Shown one piece after another: positions 16,374 to 26,851 of a stretch of 64,000 bases of DNA. Position 1 is the stretch's first letter; every line of letters starts with the position of its first letter. Made by a program: the position numbers and the translations under genes. The notes beneath the pieces are model-generated. The model was not told the DNA's origin. It worked only from the letters and a program-made list of their open reading frames with translations, and searched no databases. Origin of the DNA: Macrostomum lignano (Eukaryota); NCBI GenBank assembly GCA_002269645.1, contig NIVC01000129.1, forward strand, positions 852,950-916,949, given 5' to 3'.

Positions 16374-18468
16374 CATCATACTCTCTGCCCAAGTGACCAA
16401 TTAGGTCACCCACCCAATCTGTCGTCCAATCAAATCGAATTTGAAAGTGTGAACTAATGGCCGCTTAAAAGTGTGTTAAATTGACCGGTGTGCTGGGTGA
16501 GAATTCTATACAATGCACTCTTATAGTATGTTGCTTGCACCGTTTAATAATGGTCCAACCATAAAACATAATGGTGTTTTGGCCATTATTCACCTCCGCG
16601 ATCCGCAACATACTATACACACGGACTACTTAATTGTCGTTTATACAGGACGCAACATATCCCTTATACAGATCCCTTTTTCAGAGTGTGTTCGTATTTT
16701 TTTCCAATTTTTAGTCACCAAATACTTAACGTCTAGCTTAGTATTGTTTAGAAATGTCTGGAGACTATCGTTTATACGATGTACAAGCTGTTGAAACCCG
16801 CGGAATTTAAACCCGGGGAATTCCAATCCCCGGAACTATTTTTGCATGTACTCTGAAATCTAAGCCCATACTGAAACAAAAACTTGTTGATAGTTAGTAG
16901 GATAGAGGTAAACAAAATGGAGTACATTCGCGTAAAATTAGGATTTGAGGCAAACATTGATATTGTTGGCTGTGGTGCTTTTTACTTTAAATAGGCAGTT
17001 AATGTCTGTCTGACTCTAAAACATGTATCGGCAAACTCTGCCTCTGCCTCTGCCTCCCTACGTCCCTTGGATCCTTTGAAACTTCTATCTTCTCTTCTGT
17101 TTCCTCTCTTCTCTCTCGTCCCTCGTCTCTCCTCTCTGCTCTCTCTCCTCTCCTCTCTTCTCTTTTTCCTCTTTCCTCTCTCCCCTCTTCTCTCGTATCT
17201 TCCCTCATTTCTCTTCTTTTTCATCTCTCTTATAACATCTCTTTTCTCTTCTTTTCTCTTTCCTCTCCTCCCACTCTTCTCTCGTCTTTTCCTTCACCTC
17301 TCTTCTCTCTCGTCTTTTTTTGCTCTCTGATCTCTCCTTTCTCTTTTCTCTCTTCTCTTTTATCTCTTTTCATTTCTCTCTGCTTTCCTCCTCTCTCTCT
17401 GCTTCCCCCTCTCTCTCTGCTTCCCCCCTCTCTCTCTGCTTTCCTCCTCTCTCTCTGCTTCCCCCCTCTCTCTTATCTCTCCTCTCCCATTTTTCTTCTC
17501 CTCTCTACTCTCTCCCCTCCATTCTCCTCTTTTCTCTCCTCTCGCCTCACTCACTTCTCTCTCCCTTGGTCTCTCCTCTCGTCTCTGTAATCTCTTCTCT
17601 CTTATCTCTCCTCTGTTCTCTCTACTCTCTCATCTCTCGTCTGTTCATTTTCGTCTCTGCTCTCAGCTCATCCCCCTCTTTCATCTGTCATCTTTACTGT
17701 CTTATATGTTCTCTCATTCTGTCCTCTGTACTCTTTTCTTTCACCTCTTTTGTCTCCTCACTTTCCTTTCTCCTTTCTTCTCTTCTCTTCTCTTCCCTCT
17801 TTTATATACTCTCTCCCTCTCTTGTCTCGTCTCTTCTCTCTCCACTCTCCTCCTTTATCTCTCATCTCTCATTTCTCATCTCTCCTTACACCTCTCTCAT
17901 CTGTACAACCTTATCTCTTCTCTCTTCCATTTACTCTCTCATCTCTCCTTTCTCCTCTTTACTAACTCCTCTCTGCTCTTCTCTCTGCTCTCCTCTCATC
18001 TGCAACTCTCTGCTCTCTCCTCTCTCCTCTCCACTCGCTACTCGCTCCTCTACTCGCTCTACTCGCTCCATAGTTGTCGCACTTCGAAACTCATCAGACA
18101 AAAGCTAGTTCTCGTCGCTTGAAACTAATTTCTAAGGTTCCTGCATCGTTTTAATCATACATTACATATCTCACATCAACAAGGACTAAGTTATGTGCAT
18201 CCTGTGAAAAAACTACACTTCGGCGAGTTTCTGGAGTCGGGCTACATAAAATTGAATATTCAGCCTCCAATAAAATTTGCACGTTTTGCGCGTGTCGCGT
18301 CCTTCTACTTAAGTAGTCCGTGACTATACAATCTACCATTGTTTTACGTCGTACACTTAAATTTGATTTGATTGGACGAGAGATGGGATGGGTGAACTGA
18401 TAAGTCACTTGGGCGGACGAGAGATGGGGTGGGTGAACTGAAAAGTCACTTGGGCAGAGAGTATGATG
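16374..18468. mobile_element. Non-autonomous TIR DNA transposon, TA target duplication
   Basis: CATCATACTCTCTGCCCAAGTGAC at 16374 and its exact reverse complement ending at 18468. Imperfect IR extends ~80 bp. TA flanks both ends (16372-3, 18469-70). Internal CT-rich low-complexity tract at 17040-18065; no transposase. Confidence 0.8.
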
Positions 18469-18713
18469 TACCGTGGCGCACGATAAGTTAAGACCATCTA
18501 GTCAAATTATTATATTTTTGGCATTGTCCATCATAAGACACAGCCTGGTGTAATGACAGACTCAACTGGCCATTAATTCAGCTTTAGCAGGCGGTTGAAC
18601 CATAGACTGTTAGTTAACTATGCATTTATTAACTGATGGCATTCTGGAATACATTGACAAGAAAAAAGGATAATCAAGACATTTTAGCCACCAAACAATG
18701 GTATATTCTTCTG

Positions 18714-18857
18714 CAGTCGGGATGCTTGATATTGTATTATCGGGCGAGCACTAACTGGGACTCAGGAAGTCCAATTAGATCATAAAAACTACAGACTGTT
18801 CGCTTCAACTTCAAAGGCGCTCGTGCGATAATACAATATCAAGCATCCCGGCTACTG
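18714..18857. mobile_element. Small MITE-like hairpin element (~145 bp)
   Basis: Arms CGGGATGCTTGATATTGTATTATCG (from 18718) and CGATAATACAATATCAAGCATCCCG (to 18850) are a perfect 25 bp inverted repeat. Confidence 0.7.
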
Positions 18858-19465
18858 ATGAGTGCATTGACTAGTGTTTCCCTATAGACTAGTAGTCTAT
18901 GGTCTGGAGAGACAATAGCACGCAGCCTTGGAAGAACTTCTTGCAGGGGTGGGGAGTTTATGGCCATTGACAATTTTAATTTTAATAGGAAAGCCCACAG
19001 ATACTGAATACCATGCATGTAGATGGTTCACTCAGCATTATCTTTATGCGTCAGTTTGATTTGCTACTCTCTGTCCAGTGGTATAAGTGCATATTTGCTC
19101 TATTTTTTGTCTTGACAAAATATTTGGAGAGAATGATGGTCTAGCTGCCCGCGTCACACACGCACAACCTTGGCGCTTTCAATTCTTTTATCTATGGCCA
19201 AGCTTGGCAGTGGATCGAAATTCTCAGGCGTAAAAACCGCTAGTAAAATCTGCACCCACCGCAAAAAGGCGTTGGTCTTGGCCATAGACAGTCGAAGAAA
19301 TCGATTGACTTCGTTTTTAGCTAGCAGTCAAGTGGGACGAGATACGGAGTTTAAAGGAATAATTGGCAGGACGGAGAAAGAAAAGATTTTACTTCGCACT
19401 TTACCAGCAAGCAGTGCAAGAACGACAAAAACACCAGCAACGCTTCTTGCAATCACCATACTGAC

Positions 19466-21038
19466 ATGGAATTCAGCTCAAAGCGCTGCTGTGCAGCCAC
19501 CTGCACCCATACAGCGCAATCTCTAACGGACGAGGGAGTGGCTGTGCGAATGCACAGGTTTCCAGCGGACGACGGAGTTGCGAACCGATGGCGGCAAATG
19601 CTGGGAATCGACTTGGACATCGGAGCCATTCGCAAGATGGCATTGCGAGTGTGCAGTGTGCATTTTACTGACAATTATTCCAGCTGTCCTTCTCTGCGAC
19701 ATGAAGATACCACACGTTTGCGACGGAATGCCGTTCCAGACAGGGAGCTGACTCTACCCCGCCTCATTGCACACGACCTGACACATTTGGTTGTTCGCAG
19801 TGACGAAGAGGCTGACAATCTCTATTCACCTGAACTGCAGCCATTCAACAGCACTGATGGTGAGCCGCCACAGGCCGAAGAGCAGCAGGCAAGCTCAACC
19901 AACCAAGGTCATGCTAAACAACGAAGCAATAACATCATCGCTCAGCTGCGCAGCAAAGTTCGCCATCCGACAGATGCAAGCGCGAATAGAAAAAGCAAAA
20001 GCAGTCCAGTCGGGTAGCAGCAGCTCAATAGCTACTCGTCTGATGCAGCAGAAGGTCAGGCGTGATGTTCGCAGTCGCGGCATGCGCTGGACCAAAGCAG
20101 ACATTGCGTGCTCAATTCAGCTGCATCACAAAGGCTCGTCAGCTTACCGACTGGTCCGCAATAAGTGGAAAATTCCGCTACCATCAAGTTCGACAATTCG
20201 ACAGTATTTCGTATTGCCTGGGATTTGCAACTTGACGATGCGATCCTTGCAGTCCAAGTTTGCATCATCGACAAATCAGCAGCGGATTGCTACCCTTTGC
20301 TTCGATGGAATGAGTCTCACACCCATCCTGCGCTACCAGCAACATCGTGACATCGTGCAAGGAGCAGTTGCCCAGACCTATAAACGAGGCCATCGTCGCT
20401 GTGCTTCGAGGAGTCTTTCAGGACTGGAAACAACCAATCGCATATTATCCTGTTTTTCGAACTCTTGGCCAAGAAGGATTCGGGATAGCTATTGATGAGT
20501 GCCTGACAGCTAGCCACAAGGCCGGGATTAAGGTCGTTGCATTGGTTGCGGATCAAGAGTCAACCCAGTGGGCTCACCTTTCCAGACGGGCTGACTCTGC
20601 TAATCCTTTTTTACGTCACCCTGTAACCGGTGAGCCAGTCTACGTCATCGTGGACATCCCACATTGCCTAAAAATGCTAGAAACGCCCCGATGCAGAACG
20701 ACATCAAATTCAACGAGTGCAAGCTAGCTAAGTGGCAGCATCTCATCCAGTTTTATCAGAACGACAGCGGCCCATCTCTCCGATTAGCAAGCAAGCTCAC
20801 CGACGCTCATTTCAGCTTAGCTCTGGGTCAGAAGATGAAAGTATCGCTCGCAGCACAAGTGTTAAGCCATTCTGTTGCAAGTGGTATCAGGATTTTGGTC
20901 CATCATAATGAATTATCTGAGGATGCGTTGCAGACAGCTGAATTTGCGAAGCGTCTGAATGACATTTTCGACATGCTGAACTCAGCGCATCTCTATGGCA
21001 AAGGCTTCCAGCGGCCGATTCATTGGCGACCTCAATGA
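19466..21038 (+). pseudogene. THAP-domain P-element/THAP9-like transposase, frameshifted and 3'-truncated
   Basis: THAP C2CH signature (CCAATC, HRFP, W, RVCSVHF, RLRRNAVP). P-transposase motifs over three further frames: LCFDGMSL (E to G next to the first catalytic Asp), WKQPIAY, VADQ, DIPHCLK, KLTDAH...KMKVSLAAQVLSHSVA, FDMLNS. The C-terminal catalytic Glu region is absent. Confidence 0.85.
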
Positions 21039-21039
21039 T

Positions 21040-21290
21040 ATATTCCTGCACGGTCACGAGTGCGGGAATGACATCTGCACGAGTGCGCGCTAGCGCACGA
21101 GTTCACGATGTCCTTCACGCACGAGTGAACGTGAAGGAATTCCATTGTCGGATGATTCATCGTGCAGGAATGCACAAAACCGTGCAGGAATGCATTTCTG
21201 CGCCTAATGCTTTTTCAGTGAGATTTTACCATAGACATCCATTCCTGCACGCAAAAGAGTGCAAGAATGCCATTCTTGCATGGAAAATCA
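21040..21290. repeat. Palindromic ATTCCTGCACG / CGTGCAGGAAT cluster that replaces the P-transposase 3' end
   Basis: Motif at 21042 and 21241 (+), and at 21161 and 21181 (reverse). Probably a MITE relic. Confidence 0.5.
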
Positions 21291-21441
21291 GCCGACAATA
21301 CTCTTTGATCGCGATACTCTATCGGATACTCTCGTAGTATCTGTGGGAAAGCCAGAGTTTTTGTATTAGAGTCGAAGCTGAGGCGAGATATCAAGCTCAG
21401 ACAAATGCTAAATACAGAAAATTTTTAATTAAAAGCGAGAC

Positions 21442-21935
21442 ATGTCGAAATCAACTAGACTTCTACCGCCGTTACTTAACTACAAAGCTCTGCCAACGGA
21501 TGAGATCAGTGGCGTCACTGATAATGACTTGGACATCATTACGAGACTGTCTTCGAACGGCGATGAATGTAGCGAGCTTATCGACGACTTTATGAACTTC
21601 CTGGCGAAGGATACCGAACAACTTGACGATTTACAGGAGTTCGAAGAACAACTAGCTGATAGCGGTGATCTGAGTGATGAGTTGCTCCAGTTAGATGGCA
21701 TCGAGATTGAAGGTCTGCCCGCTAGCACCAGGCGGCAAATGGAGGAGAACGGTAGGCGTTTTTTTCAACTTTTGTATGAATCGAAGCCTACGCACGGACT
21801 ATGCCTCGCTGGATGACAGAACGCTGAATGAATACCTTCGAATATATGATTTCCAATTAAAGACCAATGAGGGAAAATATTACGCTCCTGCAACTCTCGG
21901 TTGTATTTGAGCCGGAATTCAACGCTACCTTGAAT
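21442..21935 (+). pseudogene. Crypton-A/DUF3504-like tyrosine-recombinase N-terminal fragment
   Basis: Joining frames across the T-run at ~21760 gives GLPASTRRQM..RF..FC....ASLDDRTLNEYLRIY..QLKTNEGKYYAPATLGCI*AGIQRYLE. This resembles the T..W..F..W...L...L..F....R..DG..Y.P.SL....AGLQRYL pattern of Crypton-derived QRICH1/KCTD1/ZMYM domains. In-frame TGA at 21908-21910. Confidence 0.55.
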
Positions 21936-22401
21936 ACTTTGTTAAATATTTCGTTAAATTGCTTTTTTTAAACCTGTTATCCTTCGTATGCTTGTTAATT
22001 TTCTGTTATCTTAAAATATACCGATGGACAATAACACGCAAATATGTTGACAATAACACGCATCTCAAAGCGCAGTTAATGGGCAGCGAAACGCTTGTCA
22101 ATGGAAAACGCGCTACATTAAGCACAAAAACAACACAGTGACAGTAGTCATACTCGTAAACTGTTCATCCGAAGTTGCTCATTAAAACTGAAAGGTGCAA
22201 TCCTTGAAGTGGCAATTCTCGAAGAAGCGAACTGCGCGTTCCGAATCCATTTGACCTGCAGATTAATGGACATTGTAAAAAATTCACAGTTTATATACGA
22301 GTATAGTTATTAGTATAGCCACTAATTTACTTACAATGTTGACATATTATGCTTACCATGCTTCACCCGCATCTCCTGTGTCACCTCCACTGAAGCATAG
22401 G

Positions 22402-25400
22402 TTGTTGTTGTTGTTGTTGTTAGTTCCCGGCCGGGTTAATATCCGGGGGGGCGGGTTTGCGCCCCTACCGCCTGGAGAAAGTGCAGTGCGCGCGGGCCGT
22501 CGTCGTGGAGGATGGCCAGCGTCGGGTTCTCGCCCAAGATTTGTCGTCTGGTCTCGGTTGTGGTGCGGCATTCCAGAAGCAGATGTTTGAGGTCCTCCGG
22601 GGCCTCCCCGCAGGCTGGGCAGGTGGCCTCCAGTTCCAGCCCGATGCGGTGTCGGTACTGTCGGAGTATCGGGCAGTGGCCAGTGCGTAGCTGGGCTAGC
22701 AGGACTCTGTCCTTACGGTTCATGGAAGTTTTCTGTTTGGGTCGTCGTCCGTTGGTGCAGGTGCGGTGGGTGCTGCAGTGCTCGTTTGCCTTGTACAATT
22801 GGATGAAGTCGTTGTGGGCCGTTTCCAAGATGGCAGAGCGCGCGCTGCGGTGATCCAGAGGTGCGTTGGTCTGATCAAGAGTGGCAGCAGCGCGGGCAGT
22901 GGCGTCGGCGAGATCGTTGCGACGAAGGTCGCAGTGGCCCGGGACCCATTGCAGGGTCACGTGGTGGCCTGGCGGTAGGCGTCCCAAAATACGCAGGATG
23001 TCGCGGCAGCACGGGGAAAGCCGCGGGCTGGGGCCGCCTTTGAGGCAGCGGAGCAGGGCCTGGGAGTCAGTCGCGCAGCGCAGCTCGCGGTTTCCCGGCC
23101 ACGGCAGATCGTCAAACGCTGCCTGAAGGCCGAGCCTAAACGCGCATTCTTCCGCTCGGAAGGACGAGGTCAGGCTCCCCGCCGGTGCTCTGAGAATGCG
23201 CGTCGGCGAACCGCGGGTGTAGAGTACGGCTCCTGCTCCGCCGTTGGTAGTGCCTCCTGATGCTGAGCCGTCCGTCCAGAGTTCCAGGTCTGCGGGGGGA
23301 GCGACGCTAGGGTCTCCAGCGCCGCGGCCCTGCGGACATGCGATGGGTCGTCTCGGGAACACTTAGTAATGAGGGAGTCTTGGATGTGAAAACTTGTCGA
23401 GGAACACCACGGTGGCACCAGCTCGTTGTCGGTTTCGATTTGGCGCTCGGCCAGTCCGACTCTGTGGGTAAGCTCTCTAGCACACCTGCGCCAGCATCTG
23501 CGGAAGTTGCCGTTTCCGCCGTGAGCGCGGATGCGAGGAGTGACTTCTCTGTCGGCGATGTTGCGGAGCGGGGTGGCTTGACGTTGGCGAAGCGTTTTGT
23601 CCAGGAGCGTCGCTGCCGCGGCCGCCGCACTGTGTGCCAGGGGTTGGAGTACGGCTTCGATAAGGAGCGCGGCAGTCGGCGTAGATTTGCAGCACCCTGA
23701 GATGACACGGGCAGCCTCGTTGTGAGCAGATTCCACCAGTTGTCTGCAGGCGTCCGACGCGAAGTTTAACCAGGCTGCAGCGCCGTGGAGAGCAGCCGAC
23801 TCGGCGTAGGTTCTGTAGAGTTGCGACAGGAGCCCTGGGTCCTGGCCCCAGTCACGCCCGGCGAGGCAGCGGAGAGCGTTGGTCCTCTTTTGGAGGTTTT
23901 GTTTTTGGACCGACGCATGGTGCCGGAACGTGAGCTGGGAGTCGAGGTGCACGCCCAGGAGTCTGGGGTGGGATTCGTACGGGGCCTGGACGTCGCCGAG
24001 CATGATGTTCGGTCTCGCTTTGCCGTTGACCTCGCGGGGGTCGAGGGAGAAGAAGGAAACGACCGATTTGGACTTGTTGAGGTCCACCTTCCAGGTTTGG
24101 GACCAGGCAACAAGCCAATCGGTCGCTCTCTGCAGTTTCGACTCGCACTCCCTGAGGTTGTGGCCTTGGGCGCCGAAGGTGGTGTCGTCGGCGTATCCAA
24201 CCGCCAGGACGTTTTCGGGGGCGTCGTCGAGCAGGTCATCGATGTACACGTCCCAGAACTTCGGGGCGAGAACGGATCCTTGCGGTAGGCCCTCGGTGAA
24301 GATCCGGACGCGACTGCGGGCCCCATCCCAGGTGACGAGGGCACGGCGATCGCTGATGAAGTTTTTAATCCATGCACGTGGGCGTCCCTTTCCTGTGGAG
24401 CTTGGCGATTTGGGCTTTACGCCACACTCGCTCGTATGCTCTGGAGAAATCAGCTAAGAGTAGGGCGGTCCGCTTCGCTGGTTTCTGCGCTTGGAAGCCG
24501 TCGAAGATGTATTGGGTGACAGCTGTGATCTGCTCCTCGGTGGAGCGGTTCCGGCGGAAGCCGGCTTGGGCTGGATTTAGCAGTTTATTCTCTTCCAGAT
24601 GAAAGGTGAGGCGTTCGTTAACGAGCCGTTCAGCGATTTTGGCAGTGCAAGAGAGAAGGCAGATAGGGCGGAAACTCGCAGTGATGCTGTGATCTTTCCC
24701 GGGTTTGGGGATCGGGCGAATATCGCCCAGACGCCACATTGCCGGGATTTCAGCGGAGCGCCAGGAGATGTTGATGGCGAGCAGCAGCAGTTCCAGGCCT
24801 TGAGTTGGCAGATTTTTGAGCATTAAGTTCGAAACGCCGTCGCTGCCCGGTGCCGATCTGCTGGGGACTCCTCTGATGGCTCTGGTCAGAGCTTCCATCG
24901 GGAAGTCGGCGCACAGGCCCGTCCGGTGGTTTTGGCAGCTGCAGGTGTCCCGCACAGCTCTTCTGGCTTCGTTTCGGATGTCTTTGTCGGCAGATTTGTC
25001 TTTCGGGATTTTGGCGACATTGGCGTACTCTTGACAGAAAAGATCGGCTTTCTGGCGGTCGGAGGTGGCGGAGCGGCCTTGTGGGTTTTGGATCGCCCCT
25101 GATGGGCGGGAGGCCGCGGTGCGGCCGTCGAGGACGCGGATGATGCGCCAAAGGTCAGCCGACTTGAGCTCGCTGGAGTTGTCGCTGATGAAGTCGCTCC
25201 ACAGGGCTTCCTTTGCGTTGCGGATGGTGGCGGTGGCGTGTGCTGCCGCCTCCTGGAACGCCTGGGCGAGTTGGTCGTCGTTGGGGTTGGCTCGGAGGTC
25301 TTCTAGCGCCTGGCGCCTGGCCGCGCACGCTGCTTCTGCTTCTGGGCACCACCAGGCGATAGGGGCGCCGGATCCCTGCGGGATCGCTTTGCGGGCCGCG

Positions 25401-26476
25401 TCCATGATCGCGTCGGTGAGCTTGTTGGCGGCTCCGGTGGCAGTCTTTGGTGGTCTGGCGGTCCAGTTTTTAAGGCGCTCGCTGATGATAAGGCGGTATT
25501 TGTCCCAGTCTGCTTTGTGATAAGCCAAGCGAGTGTGCCTCTTTTTCCTGTCGTTTTTCACAGGGAGCGGGTTTGGGTTAATAACTTCAATGATAATGGG
25601 CAGGTGATCAGATCCGATATGTTTGCCGGTGTTCCATTCCAGCTTGTCCTGCCAGCTGGCAGGGACGAAGGAGACGTCGGGGCTGCTGGTGATGCCTCTG
25701 GCGTTGACTCTGGTTGGGCCGCCGTCGTTGAGGGCCACGTAGTCGTTGGTGGTAGCCCAGTCTTCGAAAACGGAGCCTCGCTGGTCTTCAGAGTCGCAGT
25801 TATCCTCCCACATGCCGTGGTGCGCGTTGATGTCTCCGAGGATGAGCACGTCCGGGCCGGTCGGGAGCCAGTCCGGGTCGAAGCCGTCAGGGCGCCCATC
25901 GGCGGTTCGAACCGGTGGGAGGTAGAGGTTGATGATGTGAATTGGGCGTGGTAACCGTTTATCGTGGAGCGAGATGGCCGAGCCTTCAGATGCAGTGCGG
26001 GTCACGTCTATCTGCGGCAGACGGTACTCAGCGAAATCCACGCCTTCCTTGACAAGAAAACAGACCCCTCCGTGGGGAGTGGCAGTGGCGTCACCGTCGC
26101 GGTTTATAGCGCGGTCCCTACGGCCGGCCAGTTGCCAACCGGGGAGGCGCGGGACCTGAGACGTTGGCGACAGATTCGATTCCTGGATGCAGGCAATGTC
26201 CGCTTGGTGTTCTTCGAGGAATCGGAGGAGTTCGAAGCGTCGAGCTCTGAGGCCGGCTGCATTGAGTTGGCCGAGGTGGGCTGGGGAGCCAGGGCCAGCT
26301 TGGTAAAAGAATGCCGACGTGGTAATGACGCGCCGAAAGCGCGCTCTGCACTCTTCCCAGGGTCCGGGGTGTTGCTGCACTTTGCTGGGCGGGCGCCCAG
26401 TCGGTCCCACCGCGAGAAGGTGGCAGCGTTGGGAGGCGCGCCAGGCGCGCCCGGTAGTGGGGTGCCCCACCACCAC
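22402..26476 (-). mobile_element. Full-length Ingi-like (I group) non-LTR retrotransposon: APE endonuclease-RT-RNase H-CCHC
   Basis: TSD CTGAAGCATAGG(T) at 22390-22402 and 26477-26489. (AAC)n tail at ~22402-22421. One long ORF broken by two frameshifts (~24380, ~23300) with IACIQES, GDINAH, GSDHLPI (APE), PQGSVLAP and YADD (RT), WTDGS/SFRAE/TDSQ/WVPGH (RNase H) and CPACGEAPEDLKHLLLEC. Stop at 22436-22438. Confidence 0.9.
26374..26436 (-). ncRNA. Candidate HDV-like self-cleaving ribozyme at the LINE 5' end (P1 truncated)
   Basis: Minus strand: TCCC(P1)-AAC-GCTGC(P2)-C-ACC(P3)-TTCTCGC(L3)-GGT(P3')-GGGACC(P1')-GA-CTGGGC gccc GCCCAG(P4)-CAAAGT(J4/2 with C)-GCAGC(P2'). Only 4 of the expected P1 pairs form. 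Confidence 0.5.
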
Positions 26477-26851
26477 CTGAAGCATAGGTCGCACGGTTCG
26501 TTCAGTCGTCGACAAGAAGATTCTTCCAATTAATAAGCGGGGCTGCACGTTTGACGAGATGCACCAGCCATAGTTTTTTGACAAGACAAATAGCTTTTAC
26601 GCTCGTACTCGTACTACCCGCTTTCCTGACTTCTTGCAAGACGCAACGAAATCAGCACTCATCACAGTGTTGTCTATGGTCAAACTAAGACACACATCTC
26701 AGTCGTCTATGGGTAAAATAACTCTCAAAACAGCCAATTGAGGCGTGATAAAAATGTGAAATAATGACCGCTTCCGGCACGCTGAAATAATGGCCTCTAT
26801 GTGTCTTCTTACAGACAATGACGTTGCGTATAGTAGATAAGGGACTGAAAT

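Noticed and set aside
18600-26715. CATAGAC / GTCTATG words as TIRs of the P-like element
   Set aside because: Several candidates (18601, 18884, 19283, 26674, 26706), but none share more than about 7 bp or a matching TSD, and the word is common across the window.
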